A DNA stretch of 64,000 nt from the human T2T-CHM13v2.0 reference genome, Homo sapiens, in the NCBI RefSeq assembly GCF_009914755.1, contig NC_060942.1; one strand, given 5' to 3'. Below, in pieces: positions 29,518 through 43,877 of the stretch. Position numbers and translations under genes: made by a program. The stretch's first letter is position 1; each line of letters starts with the position of its first letter. The notes beneath the pieces were generated by a model. It had not been told where the DNA came from. It was given only the letters and a program-made list of their open reading frames with translations, and made no database searches.

Positions 29518-30502
29518 TTGAAGGGAATATTTAGGTTTGATCCTTAAGGACATCAGCTGTTAGCTTAATGGACTAGAAAGCAGAGGTGCCCTCTTCCTTC
29601 TGACCCTTCCCCACCCCAGCAATTTTTCAATCTCCTGGCAAAAGATTCTTCTGCAACCACAAGGAAGGAAAAATTTAAGGAAAATCTTAGACTGATTTTC
29701 CTATCAGCATGGAGGTATGAGAGCTTAAAGTTAGAGTGAATTTTAATTCAAGAAAATGAAACCAATGTGTCATTCATGTTGTTTGTGGGGCTTCCATATT
29801 GTTTATGTATGGTGCCTGAAAATATTGCTCCTTGTACTATGTACTAAGTACTACAATTTAATACATATAGGCTTTATTCTCTAAAAAATCAAGGGTTCTC
29901 TATCAGTCCCTTTAAAGACAAGACTGAAGTTGAGGAGTCTTGAGGACCCACTCTCCAGGTGAATGTGTTGCTTAAAAATAAAAGGTTAGTAACTCTAGAA
30001 ATAGACCCATCCATATATAGCCCGTTGATGTCTTACCAAGATGCCAAGGCAGCCCAACAGGGAAAGGAAAGTCTTTTTAACAAATTTTGTTGAAAAAATT
30101 GGATATTCATATGGGAAAAAGTGATCTTCAACTTCCACATCATTCCATGCATAAAAATTAATTTGAGCTGAATTATAGATTTAAATGTAAGATCCAGAAC
30201 CATAAGCTTCTGGAAAAAATATAGGCCTTTATCTTCATGATCCTGTGGTGGACAATGATTTCTTGAACAGAATCCCAAAACTGTTAACCATCAAGTAAAA
30301 AATAGATAACTTAGACTTTATTAAAATTAAGGTTTTCTGCTTATCAAAAGATACTGGTAAGAAAATCAACAGATAAGCCTGGACAGATTGGGAAAAACAT
30401 TTGCGGCATATATATTTGACAGAAGACTTTACTCCAGAATACATAGGACTTTTACAAATCAACAATAAAGAGATGAACAGTCCCATTTTAAAATGGGCAA
30501 AA

Positions 30503-30765
<263 letters not shown>

Positions 30766-31139
30766 TTAAAACTTTAAAAAATGAGCAAAAGACTTGAACA
30801 GATGCTTCATAAAAGAAGATATATTAATGACAATAAGACATGAAAAGGTGCTCAGCATCTCTTACCATCAATCATCATGCAAGTCAAAACCACAGTGAGT
30901 CACCACGTCATACCTACTAGAAGAACTTAAAGCAAGGAGCACAACAGGACAAAACAACCCTCCCCCTGCCAAACTGACAACACCAAATTTTGGGAAGAAT
31001 CCAGAGCAACTGGAATTCTCATTTATTGCTGGTGGGAATGTGAAATGATACAACAGTTTTGGGGGACTACTGTAGTTGACAGTTTTATATAAAGTTAAAC
31101 ATATGTTTAATCTTATGATGCAGATATTCCATTCCTATG

Positions 31140-31513
31140 TGATATGGTTTGGCTGTGTCCCCACCCAAATCTCACCTTGGATTGTAATTCCCATAATCCC
31201 CACGTGTCGGGGGAGGGACCTGGTGGGAGGTAATTTAATCATGGAGGCTGTTACCCTAATGCTGTTCTCGTGATAGTGAATGAGTTCTCACGAGATCGAT
31301 GGTTTTATAAGGGGCTTCCCCCCTTTTGCTTGGCACTTCTCCTTGCTGCCATCATGTGAAGAAGAACGTGTTTGCTTCCCCTTCTCCCATGATTGTAAGT
31401 TTCCTGAGACCTCTCTAGCCATGCTGAACTGTGAGTCAATTAAACCTCTTTCCTTTATAAATTACCCAGTCTCAGGTATGTCTTTATTAGCAGCATGAAA
31501 ACAAACTAATACA
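31140..31513 (+). mobile_element. THE1 (C/D-like) solo LTR
   Basis: tgatatggtttggctgtgtccccacccaaatctc...aattaaacctctttcctttataaattacccagtctcaggtatgtc...ctaataca; 5-bp flanks ctatg and ctaca. Confidence 0.93.
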
Positions 31514-33021
31514 CTACATATTTACCCAAGATAACTGAAAACACATGTACACATAAGGATTTGTACATGACCACAACAACAGCTCTTTTCATAATAGACA
31601 AAATTGGAGATAACCCTAATGTTTATCAATAGGAGATTAGGTAAATTGTGACACATTCATACAATGGAATTCTGCTCAGTAATAATAAAAAAAACTACTG
31701 ATTCATGCAACAATGTGGATGAACATTATGCTGAACTCAAAAGGCCAGAACCAAAAGAATGCAAATTATATGATTCCTTTTATATGAAATGCAAAAATAG
31801 GCAAAACTTCACCGTGGTGATGTAAATCAGAGAGATTGCTCTGCGGGGTGAGAGTGGGATCACCTGAGAGGGAGCAGAAGGAAATTTCCCAGAATGATGG
31901 AAATGTTCTATGTTTTGATTGAAGTGGTGGTTACATGGCATATAATTGTCAAAACTCATTAGACTAAACACTTAAGATCTGTGCATTTTACTGTTTTTAT
32001 TCTACCTGTATAAAAATAAAACGTTGGCAAATGAGAATATTCAGCCTTGAGGATTATTAATATGGATTTGACTTCTATCAATGGTGTCCTGGGAGGCAGA
32101 GATGAATGCATAATTCACAAAGGCAAAATGCAGGAAGGACAAGAAGTCACATTTCCTTCTGTCTAAAACCCCTCCACATGTGGCGTGTGCTGTGTGTGGA
32201 CTTGCTGGTGGAACACAGAGGTTATATGTGTTGTTCTTTGAATTCTCATTGCATTGGGATGGGAGGAAGAATGAAATCAGTCATTCAAATATATGTCTCT
32301 TCATATATTCAGCTGACTGAATATGTCATTCGGATGGCATATATTCCTCTGTGCCATGTCTCCCTTTCAATGGAGCTTACACCTGTAGGTGTGGGTCTTC
32401 TCCACACCTGTCTCTGTCCTCCATGTCCGTCAGGATTGCAGAAGGGAAGAGAAGGCAGCCACATCAGCTTCCTTCTTCATCCGACTTAGGATCCCCACTG
32501 GCAGCCCAGTGCTCACTCCACACTTGGTAAATACCCTATACTTGTATGTTCCTAAGTTCCTCCAGATGAAAGAAAGTGGCCTCTTCTTCTAGGACTGTTT
32601 GGGGAGCAGCACTGTGTGAAGCTCTGTGGGGCCTCTCCCAGGTATAAGAGCTCACAGTCATTTATGTCTTCTTGCCCTCCTCCCTATCTTCAGACAACTC
32701 CTGCCCACCTACACAAGGTTGAGTCCCAGGTAGCGTGGACTGAAGAGCAGTAAGCGAGGCCCCTCCTGGTCCTTTCTCAGAAACCTTGAAGTCTACTTGA
32801 AGGCACAAAGGGCAAGGTAACACAAAGAGCAAGGTAACATGAAGAGCAAGGTAACAAGAGCACAACACTCCCTTTGGTGAGCGTAGCATACATGGGGTAG
32901 ACATCACTGGGTGGCTGATGCTCTGACCTGGGTCTTCAAGGAGAAAAGGACAATGAGGATTGCATATGGGGCAGAAAAATCAGTCTGGCTGGAGAGGGGA
33001 ACTCCTATGTGGGACCAAAGG

Positions 33022-33088
33022 CAGAGAGAGAGAGACAGAGAGACAGAGGCAGAGAGAGAGAGAGAGAGAGAGATTGAAAGAGAGAGAA
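33022..33088. repeat. (GA)n-type imperfect microsatellite
   Basis: gcagagagagagagacagagagacagaggcagagagagag... Confidence 0.9.
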
Positions 33089-34250
33089 TGTACAAAATAA
33101 CACAGGGTAAGCAAGGCACTGAATGAGTGACAGAGACATTTGGACAGAGGCGGTGTGGTGTGCTAGGAAAATTAATCAGACATTGGTATAAGACTAAGAA
33201 GGATGACTATACCACTGTAAGTCTTCACATAGGACCTTGCAAAAATGTTTAACTTAGCCAGAACTCCAGTGTCTCTGAAGGTCAAGTATGAGTGTTAACA
33301 AAAAATGATTTTTAAAAGTTGTTATAGACATGGTTTCTTTGTTCAGATAATTTCACTCATCTGAACTGCTGGCTGATAGGTATTTCTTATTAAAATATGA
33401 TAGCTTTATTGTTACTCTTACTCAACTAACATTGTTTTTCATCTTTTAAAGACAGCAGTACCTTTTTCTGCAAAGCATCTCGCTGTTTTTTGAGTGTTTC
33501 CATGAATGTGAGTTCGTGGGAGCCTTACAACATCTCTCTTTAGAGAGGACAGTCTGAGGTTCACAGAGATAAGGTGGGCAGCCCAGTGAGGCCGCACTGT
33601 GAGTGAAGGCCAGGGCGGAGATTCAGAGGCAGGTCTTCTGCTTTCCAAACTGTCTGAGATTAGGACCTCAGTGTTTCTGGACCTTGTACCTGGGTCGTGG
33701 TTTTCTGTTTTCCTTTGATACAGACTTGATCATTTCTCCATACTCAATTGTGTTTGACAGCCAACAACCAGGGTGCCAGGGCCCTGTTGTAAACCTGTAG
33801 GAGCTCTATTTTGATAAGACTAGCCATAATTTATTGCTGCTTTAACCTCTCTGTTGCTTAGGCAACCAATATCCTGAATTAAGACTTGGGTTATTTTAGT
33901 TAAGTTTAAGAATTTATTACCTTCCAACCACTCAGCCCACCACTTTGCTCATGCTCCATGCCTATGAGTCACACTGACCCCCGAAGAGTTGCCCCAAACT
34001 CTAAGACCTGTGCTCGGGGGCACGTGAAGAGCCAGGACACATGCCTTGTGACTCAAACTGACAGCGCCTGCTCATGTCCTTGCTAAGTGCACCAAAGGGA
34101 ATGGGCCGAGGAATGCTCCATGTTGATTTTTCAGCTGCCTGCCTTTTATTGCTGGATTACTATCTACTGCAGAATAGGCCAGCTTATTTCACAATAATGA
34201 GGCTGGCACTGGGTTAATTCTATAACATAGAAAGATTGCCAGTGCCAAGG

Positions 34251-34555
34251 TGTCAGTCTGTTCCGGCTGTTATAACAAAATAGACTGGGTGGCTTATAAA
34301 CAATAGAAATTTATTTCTCATGGTTCTGGAGGCTGGCAGGTTCAAGATCCAGGCAGACTGGGTGTCTAGTGAGAACCCACTTTCTGGTTCATAGATGGCA
34401 CTTTCTTGCTGTGTCCTCCTGTGGTTGAAGGAGCAAGGCAGCTCTCTAGGGTGTCTTTTATAAGGGCACTAATTCCATCTGACATAATCACCTGCAAAAG
34501 GCCCCACTTCCTATTGCCTTAGGGGTTAGAATTTCAACATATAAATCTTGTGGGT
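34251..34555 (-). mobile_element. MaLR solo LTR, MLT1A-like
   Basis: ggctgttataacaaaa...ggtggcttataaacaatagaaatttatttctca.ggttctggaggctgg...ttttataagggcactaat...ggggttagaatttcaacatat. Confidence 0.85.
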
Positions 34556-35269
34556 TTAGTGAGGAAAATAAACACACAATCTAACCTTTCCTGGACTGCT
34601 TGCAGGAGCATCAAGTCCTCTTGCTCTTCCATCTTGTTTAAATGTCCCTTCTTTCCCAACACCACTCTGCCACTCCGTCCTGAGCTCCCAGCACCGTTTG
34701 GCTGGACGACTGTGCTCATTTCTGGCCTTCCTGCCTCCACCTCATCCCGGCACGTCATTCACCAAAGCAACATTTCTTTGCAGTCTGCTCTGCCCGGCAT
34801 TCTGGGGATACTGAATAGCTCACAGTCCTGTAGAAGAGAAAGATGAGTAAGCAGTAATTGCAATGCATTTATTAGACCGTAACCTCCTAGGACAGGTCAT
34901 GTTGGTCTTGCTCTCTGCACCTAGTATTTGTTGAATAGGGAAATGAATAAACAAATGAACAATTTCTGCAGGTTATAACTAAACACATATTCAAAGAGCT
35001 ATGAAAATCCACAGAAGACAGAAACTGACTGAGTTGGCAGAGGAAAGGGATGTGCTTAATTAGGCTGCAGTCTCTTTGAGAGACTACAATTTATTTATTT
35101 CCTGTATACATAGACCAGGCATTCATAAATATGGTCACTTTTTAATAGAAATATTTTATATTTTGGGAACATCTTCCTATACATTTTATTTACTCACAGG
35201 ACAAAAGTAATGTTCTCCTTTAAATAGAAGCTTTTTGGGGACCTGTAATTGTTAATTTGTAAACCTTTA

Positions 35270-35635
<366 letters not shown>

Positions 35636-35799
35636 CTATCAGTTGTGGTTCAATCAGAATGCAAATAAGTATCTTTGGGTAAGTAAAAGGAAAACGATAC
35701 TTTGATTTACCCAACACTTCGATTTCAAAAATACATTGACTCATTAACAAACAATTTTAGAGAGGCTTAAATACTAGTGAATATGTTATTTTAAGTCAG

Positions 35800-35801
<2 letters not shown>

Positions 35802-35841
<40 letters not shown>
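35802..35841. repeat. (AT)20 microsatellite fused to the T32 tail of the AluYb
   Basis: Counted directly from the sequence. Confidence 0.97.
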
Positions 35842-36160
<319 letters not shown>

Positions 36161-37005
36161 GTCAGTAATATATTAAGAGATGTCATGAGTCTATAAATGT
36201 AGCAATTGCACATGGCTGGCATAGAAATCTCAACTTCAATATGTGATGTTCAAAGTCCAATTTAAAGGGATTTTAATAATTAGCCATAACTAATAACTAA
36301 GGTAAGGTTTGTTGTATCTTGAATCTTAAATGGTTGCCATGTGTCTGTTTATTAAAAATAGAGTTTCCTTTTTTTCTTTCTTCATTCACCTTAAGTAAAG
36401 GTCTATTATAGCAAAAATGCAACAGTGGCATCCTGTGGCTTGGCCTGTGAATGACAGGTGCGTGTCACAGTTGTGATCTTGGAGGCTTGGTGTCATGGCT
36501 ACACAGAGGTACAGGATCATTGTGAAGAACATGGCATGTTAGAAGGAAAAGCTCCATTACTTTATTTAAGACGTAAAATTATTATAAATGACTCATTATG
36601 ATCTTTTATCTTTATTTCATGGGAGTAAATTGCATGCATAATTAAAAATTGAGTTGAGAATAAAGCCACAGAAATGTACTTGTTTTTTCAAAAGCTTATT
36701 TTTCCGGACTCTATGATGAAGTTTCCCTCTGTCATTTTTACACATAGAATATACCATTATTTCCTCTCATGTAATTCTTCTGTAAGTGTAGGAAATGGAG
36801 TGAAAGAATCCATATTAAACCATTAATAACTGTAAATACTTTATCTCTCCACCCCCCCAGAAATAAATACAACTAAATCTCGGAAGCCTTTTGATTGTGA
36901 TGCTTGGCTGCTGAGCCCTCTACGCTGGAAAGGCAGCACTATCATATTTAGCAGTGCGTGCTTCCAGCTTCAAACTTTAAAAAATAGTTTAAAAACATCT
37001 TCAGG

Positions 37006-37345
<340 letters not shown>

Positions 37346-37784
37346 TTATACTTTTTCTTATTTAAAATGTTTACATAAGTAGAATTATGATATTCACATT
37401 CCATGAAGTTTTGCACTGAAGATGTGGTTGAGGTCTCACGTACGCTTATCTTGTGTGAAGGAATGTATGGAATATGAATGCCATAATTTTACTTATGTAA
37501 ATTGTAAAAATAAGAACAAATATATATAATAAAGACCTTTGGATTTCTGCTTCTGAGGACTTCCTGTTCTCCTTCCCTCCACTTTCCTATGGGCGTGCTT
37601 CTGTTCTTTATTTATCCGAGTTTTCTCCATTAAAGATAAATTCTCTGATAAGATAAATACAGTATATATCTTTATTAATTCCTTTGTTATAGATCCTGCA
37701 AATACCTTCTCGAGGCCTGTTTTTTCCTCTCTAACGTTGATGGGGTATGTTTTGTTATAAAGATGTTTTCTGTTCTGCAGGGTT

Positions 37785-38215
37785 GCGTGTCAGTTACAGT
37801 TGTCATTTGTAAGCAGTAGAATCCGGTCTGACCAGTTTAAGCAGAAAAGAACTTAGGAGAGACAGAAGGGAGTTCACACAACGTTTGGGACAGATGGGAA
37901 AAGAGGCCTGAGACAATGAAAGGGACACTCCCAGAACCAACTGACCCTTTCCGGAATCTGCTGCCCACCCCGGGACCACACCGCCTTTGCCCAGAATGCG
38001 CCACTGAAATGACAGCGGCTCCGGGAGACGCGCAGCCAGCCAGCTCCCTCCCGCGGCCCGAGGCCCCCGTGTCTGATTGGCAGGCCTGGTCACGTGCCCG
38101 CATTTTGGCTGGGAAAGAGTCAGGGAAGGCACCGATTCAGATTCTCCCTTGGGGAAACAACTAAAATGCACGCAAGGTGGCCTAAAAAGCTTGGCAGATT
38201 CACTTTGGGCCATAA
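37785..38215 (-). mobile_element. Old MaLR LTR, MLT1J/K/L-like
   Basis: tgtcagttacag...gtaagcagtagaatcc...ccagtttaagcagaaaagaactta and ctgattggcaggcctggtcacgtgccc resemble the MLT1J/K pattern. Confidence 0.6.
37950..38135 (-). promoter_or_regulatory. CpG-dense patch with E-box plus CCAAT (candidate LTR-derived promoter/enhancer)
   Basis: 15 CpG in about 185 bp; CACGTG 38091-38096; ATTGG 38076-38080 (CCAATCAG on minus strand). Confidence 0.5.
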
Positions 38216-39182
38216 AGATATTCTTCAAACTTAAAAATAAAAAAATAAAAATAAAAGAAACTAAACTAAAAAATATCTTCATGAACAACATACAGTTATG
38301 CTTTGTCTTATTTAAAAATTTTCCATACATAGAATTATGATATTCACATTCGATGAAATTTTGCATTCAAGATGTGGTTGAGGTCTCACGTCTCAGTAGT
38401 GTTTAGTTGCGATTTTTCGTGCTGAGGTCTTTAATTCTTCTGGAATTAATTTTTGTATAATTAGTGTAGGAGTCTAGTTATAGTTTTTATATGAAAAGCC
38501 AATGCTTCCATCATCAATGATGGCACAAGCTCATCTTTCCCTGCTGATCTCTAGTGCCACCGCTATCATATTCCACATCCCACGTAGCCCCTACATGTGA
38601 ATCCTGCATGAACATGGATTTGCACCAGGCTCTCTATTCTGTCCGCTGCCTCTTCCTCTGCTCAGACAACTATATTTTAATTTCTGTGACTGTCTAGAAT
38701 GTTTCAGAATCCGCAGGCCAACTGCTCCTGCCCACCCATTGTTCTTATTTTTCGAAATTATCTTGGCAATGATAATTCACTTTTCCATATGAATTTTAGA
38801 ATCACGTTACAAATGAACAGAAAAGTTCTGCTGAGATTTTATTTGGAATTTACTTAAATTTATAGATAATTTGGGCAGAATTGACATGTTTATGCTTTTG
38901 AGACCTCTTACCCATTATTCAGATCTTCTTTTATATCCTTTAATAAAACTATAATTTTTTCCCATAAAGCTCTTAAAAATGGTACGTAATGTATATTCTT
39001 TAGGTCCTTTATAGTTTTGCTGCTATTGTGAGCTGGCTTTTTTTTTTTTTCCAATTTTTTCCCATTTGTTATTGTTCACATTCAAAAGTTATTGAATTTT
39101 GCATGTTGATCTTGTAATCAGTAGCCTTGCTGAATCCTTTTTTAGTTCTAAAAGATTTTCTGTTGATATCTATGCATTTTCT

Positions 39183-39509
39183 TTGTTCTTTCTTTCTTAT
39201 TTTATTTTATTTATTTATTTTTTTGAGACAGAGTTTTGCTCTTGTTGCTCAGGCTGGAGTGCAATGGTTCGATCTTGGCTCACTGCAACCTCTGCCTCCC
39301 AGTTCAAGTGATTCTCCTGCCTCAGCCTCCTGAGTAGCTGGGGTTACAGACACGTGCCACCACACCTGGCTAATTTTTTTGTATTTTTAGTAGAGATGGG
39401 GTTTCACCATGTTGGTCAGGCTGGTCTCAAACTCCCGACCTCAGGTGATCCACCTGCCTCGCCCTCTCAAAATGCTGGGATTACAGTCATAAGTCTCCGT
39501 GCGCCACCC
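39183..39509 (-). mobile_element. AluSq/Sp-like
   Basis: Antisense dimer; TSD atctatgcattttct at 39168-39182 and 39510-39524. Confidence 0.93.
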
Positions 39510-40709
39510 ATCTATGCATTTTCTATGCCTAAAAATAATAAATTTTCACTTCCTTTCCAAACCTTATGCATTTTATTTATTTGTTGCTTACTGCATTCGC
39601 TAGTATTTTCTGTGTAAAGTTGACTGGGGTGGTGATGGCTGCCCTGCTTGCCTTTTCTTGGTTTTAATAGGGATAATCCAGAAAGATGTGATATGATTGC
39701 TTTAGGTTTTTGATAAAAACCCTTCATCAAATTAAGGAAGTTCTCTTCCATTTCTAGCTTCCTAAGAGTTTTTCTTTTAGATAAGAGAAGGTGTTGAATT
39801 TATAGAATAAAATGTGTCATTTTATTTCTTTTTGATCTATAAATGTTGTAAAGTTCTCCTGATGGATATTTCTGACATTCTTACCTTCCTGGGAAACATC
39901 AAAATTAGTTGTGATCGTTAAAAAAAAAATACTCTGGTTGGATTCCATTTGCTAATATTTATTCAGGAATTTTAATCTACATTATAAGTGAGATAACCTA
40001 TAGTTTCTGTCTCTTGTACTGTCCTTGTTTCATTTTGGTGTTAATTCTACACTATCTAAACTCAGTGGCCTACTGTCCTTTTCTGTTGTCTGGGAAGCTT
40101 ATATAAGATAGCAATGACCTTTTCCTTAAAGGTTTGATGAAATTCACTGCTGAAATCAGCTAAGACTAGTGTCTTTTTGGGGAGGTGGCTTGAGGGCAGG
40201 TATATTTGATTGTCAAATCAATTTCTTTAATGCTAATTGTTTTATTCAGTTTTTCTATTTTAAAATTCAGCCAATTTCAAAATAGACATAAAATTGTGCC
40301 ACAGATTCCCTTATGATTTTGTTTCTGCTGCATATGTGGTTACATTATATTTTCTATTCCTAATGTTTATTTGTTCATTTTTCTTTATTTATCAGCCTTA
40401 ATGGGGATTTATTTTATTAGCATTATTTTTCTTTTCTAAGACTCATTCTGTCATTTCTATTTTACTTTTGTTTCCTTTTCTTATTTTTTTGTTTTTATCT
40501 TTAATATTTCTTTCCATCACATTTTTTTTTGCCTAAACTCGTTGTTCTTTTTCTATCTTCTTGAATTGACATGAGTTCATTTATTTCATCTTTCTTATGG
40601 TTCTAAAAATATTTGTAGTGCTATAAATATTTCCCTTAACTATTGCTGTACCCTAAGTCTTGGTATTTTTCTGTGCTTTCATTAATAATCAGTTTTAAAA
40701 TACTGTATT

Positions 40710-41540
40710 ATTTTTAACAGCTTCATTGAGATATATTTCACACCCTATACAACTCATCCATTTAAAGTGTATAACTCAATGGCTTCTAATATATTCACAG
40801 AGTTGTTGATATGGTTTGGCTGTCCCTACTCATATCTCATCTTGAATTGTAGCTCCCATAATTCTCACGTATTGTGGGAGGGACCCAGTAGGAGATAACT
40901 GAATCACAGGGGCAGTTTTCCCCTATACTGTTCTTGTGGTAGTGAATAAGTTTCATGAGATCAGATGGTTTATAACCATCTTTTCGCTTGGCTTTCATTC
41001 TGTTTGCCTGCCACCATGTAAGATATGGCTTTGCTCCTCCTTACCTTCCGCCATGATTGTGAGGTCCCCCCAGCTATGTTGAATTTTGAGTCAATTAAAC
41101 CTCTTTTTTTAAATAAGTTACCCCATCTCAGGTATGTCTTTATCAGCAGTGTGAAAACGGACTAATACAGTTGTACAACCTATCATCACAATCAACTTTA
41201 CTTACTCAGTTATCAGTTGATGCATACTTGGGTAGTTTCCAGTTTGGGCTATTATAAATAATGCTGCTATGAACATTTGTGTGCAAGTTTTTGTGGACAT
41301 GTGATTCATTTGGCGTGAGTATATATGAGGAGTAGAATTGCTAGGTCATTTGGTAACTTTATGTTTAAGCTTTTGAGGAACTGAAGACTGTTTCCGAATG
41401 ACTGTACCATGTCAGTGTAAGAGGGTTCTAATTTTTCAACATCCTCACCAATGCTTGCTATATTTGTCTTTTTTACTATAATCATCTTAGTGGCTGTGAA
41501 ATGATATTTCGTTGTGGTTTGATTTGCATTTCCCTGATGG
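40710..41540 (-). mobile_element. L1MB-type 3' end, split by THE1
   Basis: aacagcttcattgagata...ccatttaaagtgtataactcaatgg...attcacagagttgt[LTR]acaacc...gggctattataaataatgctgctatgaacatt. Confidence 0.8.
40807..41169 (+). mobile_element. THE1 (B-like) solo LTR
   Basis: tgatatggtttggctgt...ggactaataca; perfect 5-bp TSD gttgt at 40802-40806 and 41170-41174. Confidence 0.93.
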
Positions 41541-42779
41541 ATATTTAAGGGTACTCCGTGATACTGGGTTGATCATTCTATTTCCAGGTGACTTCACTTC
41601 TAGGTATTTTTTCATTTATGTTTCCTAAAAAATTAATTTTTAAAGAGAAAAATCATCATAGGATACTCAAATTTCCATTTTAAATTTAAGATCACAGGGT
41701 TTTATTCTTTGGTTTGTATTTGGATCTCTTTTTCTCTCACATTGAAAATCTGGTTTCTAATGACATTAGCATAATTACATATTTGTTTCATTCTACAAAA
41801 TACATATAATAGTTTCACAAGAACAAAACCAATATTTAAAAATTTTGTTCTATTCTTTTTGTCCTTATTGTATGCCAAACTGGATGTACAATTAGATTAC
41901 TGCAATGCACCAAACTGGTGGTTCTTAACAGGAAACAGCTGCAATCCTAAGAATCTTTGAGAAGCGTCCATCAGCTGTCTAAGCATGCAGCAATGAAGCA
42001 GGTGGTTCTCAAGTATTCACTGGGCATATCAGGTCTGCCCCAACACCTGGTTACATCCTTATTTGGAGACTGATAGCCTCAACTCTTCCCCTACCAATCA
42101 GATTTCATGGGACTGCAAACTTTAACACAGAGTAATACAGAGAAGGGGATGCTGGGAAATGCAGTTTCAGGCTTCTACCTTACACAATTCAGAGAAGACT
42201 GTAGGAGGAAGTGGTGATGATGCCAAGCTGATACAGACACAGACACATCCATTCAGTGCATCAATCTTTATGTCTTCTCTTGTCTTACTAGCCTCCAGGA
42301 AAATGTTGAATGGAAGTACTGAGAGTGAACATCTTTGTCCCGTTCTTGATTTTATAGGGCATGCTTCCAACAATTCTTCTGTAAGGATGTTTTTTGTACA
42401 TACTTTCTCAGGTTAAGGAAGTTTATTCACTTCTAATCCTAGTTTACTATGTTGTTTTTTTTTTTTAAATCATGAGTTAGTGTTGAATTTATCAAATGCT
42501 TTATCTGTAACTATTGAAACAATCATATGATCTTCTTTCTTAATCTTTTAAAGTGGTAAATATCATTTGATTATCTTTTCATCCTGAACCATCCTTGCAT
42601 TCTAGGGATAAATCCTAAATGATTTTTTAAAAATAGATCTCTGGATTTCGTTTGCTAATATTATGTTAAGACTTTGATAATGTCTGTGATTGAGATTGGC
42701 TTGTGATTTTCCTTTCTTATCTTCCCCTTGTTTGGTTTTGGCATCCAGGTTTTACTAGTTTTATGGAATTCTTACTACA

Positions 42780-43145
42780 GCCACAGGCCCTGCATGAGAC
42801 AGGCCATCACTACTTCTCTAATCGCATTTCCTACCACCCTCCCTGTTACACACTCTACTCAGTCTTACAGGTTCCATGCTGTTTCTCAGACAAATGAGTG
42901 CACATCCCCGCCTGACCACCCTCTCTTAAAGCTCTGTCTCCTCAATCTCTTTCATTGTTCTGCTTAGCTCTTATCATTACCTGATATATGATCAACTTAC
43001 TGTGTTCTGTCTCCCTCCCTCTTCCAGAAGGCAGTGTCTATGAGGGCAAGGACTTTGCCTGTTTTGTTCCCTGTCATTCCCTCAGCACAGTGAACCATAT
43101 TTATCAAATAATAAATATTTGTTCATCAGTGAATAAATGAATATA
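42780..43145 (+). mobile_element. L2 3' end
   Basis: atgagggcaaggactttgcctgttttgttccctg...cagcacagtg...aaatatttgtt...gaataaatgaat. Confidence 0.7.
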
Positions 43146-43299
43146 TTTATCCATGTTTGAAGAAAAGAGGAAGGTTTCTGTACGTGATCCACTCAGAAGT
43201 CAGATTTTTCATTTGAAAAAATTGTAACTTCTATTTATACTAGAAAAGGGAGGAAATTCTTACACATAAGCAGCATGCAGAGAAATACTGCTGAAGATA

Positions 43300-43735
43300 T
43301 CAGTCTGCTCTGCTGCAGCTGGTAGCAGGAATAAGACTGATTGGCCAACTGTCCATTCTATTCCAAACTTTCCTTGTCTTTTTCCAGCATCTCAGTTGGT
43401 TGAAATTCTTTGCTTGAGAAAGAGACCTACGTTTTCAGTCCTGAGGAGTTTGAGTCCTTGGTGATGCTGCCCATGTGGGGTTGATGTGTAGTGCTTTGTT
43501 AACCTTGACCATGAAGCAGGCAGTACAGACATCCTAAGGGGTACCCCTGGGCATCCATGAATACTGCTCCGGCTCCCACTGTGTAGCTCTCCCAGCGCCC
43601 TTGATAGTGCCAGTCTCTCCAGAAATCACTGGGGCCTCCCTTCTTGCTTATCCCCTCCATGACCTGAGGACATTGAAATGCCAGGCAGCAGTTTCAATGT
43701 CTACTCAATGAAACTGGTAATGGGTTCACAGCTGT
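43300..43735 (-). mobile_element. ERVL/MaLR internal-sequence relic (3' internal region)
   Basis: Minus strand resembles ERVL-int (ctgctgcctggcatttc...aagaagggag...actatcaaggg...ctacacagtgg...ctcctcaggactgaaaacgtaggtc); no intact ORF. Confidence 0.55.
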
Positions 43736-43877
43736 GGGGATTGTTATTTAACTTCCTATGTGTGTGTTATGGTGTTGGGGAAAAACAGGCATGCAGAGTA
43801 TAGCTATAGCTCTTTCTATCATCAAATGGCCCTCTAGCAATTCCACTCCTAGGTATATATCCAAAGGAATTGAAAAC

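Larger units (their letters stand above)
38395..42775 (-). mobile_element. Old antisense L1 (L1M) ORF2-region relics with nested Alu, L1MB and THE1
   Basis: T-rich antisense L1 motifs (ttccatatgaattttagaatca, aatttatagataatttggg.agaattgacat, aaattaaggaagttc, gtgttgaattttatcaaatgc, gggataaatcc). A related fragment lies at about 37520-37780. Confidence 0.8.

Noticed and set aside
37803-38366. 187-aa ORF over the CpG patch
   Set aside because: Spans an A-rich duplicated piece and an LTR; no domain or coding signature.
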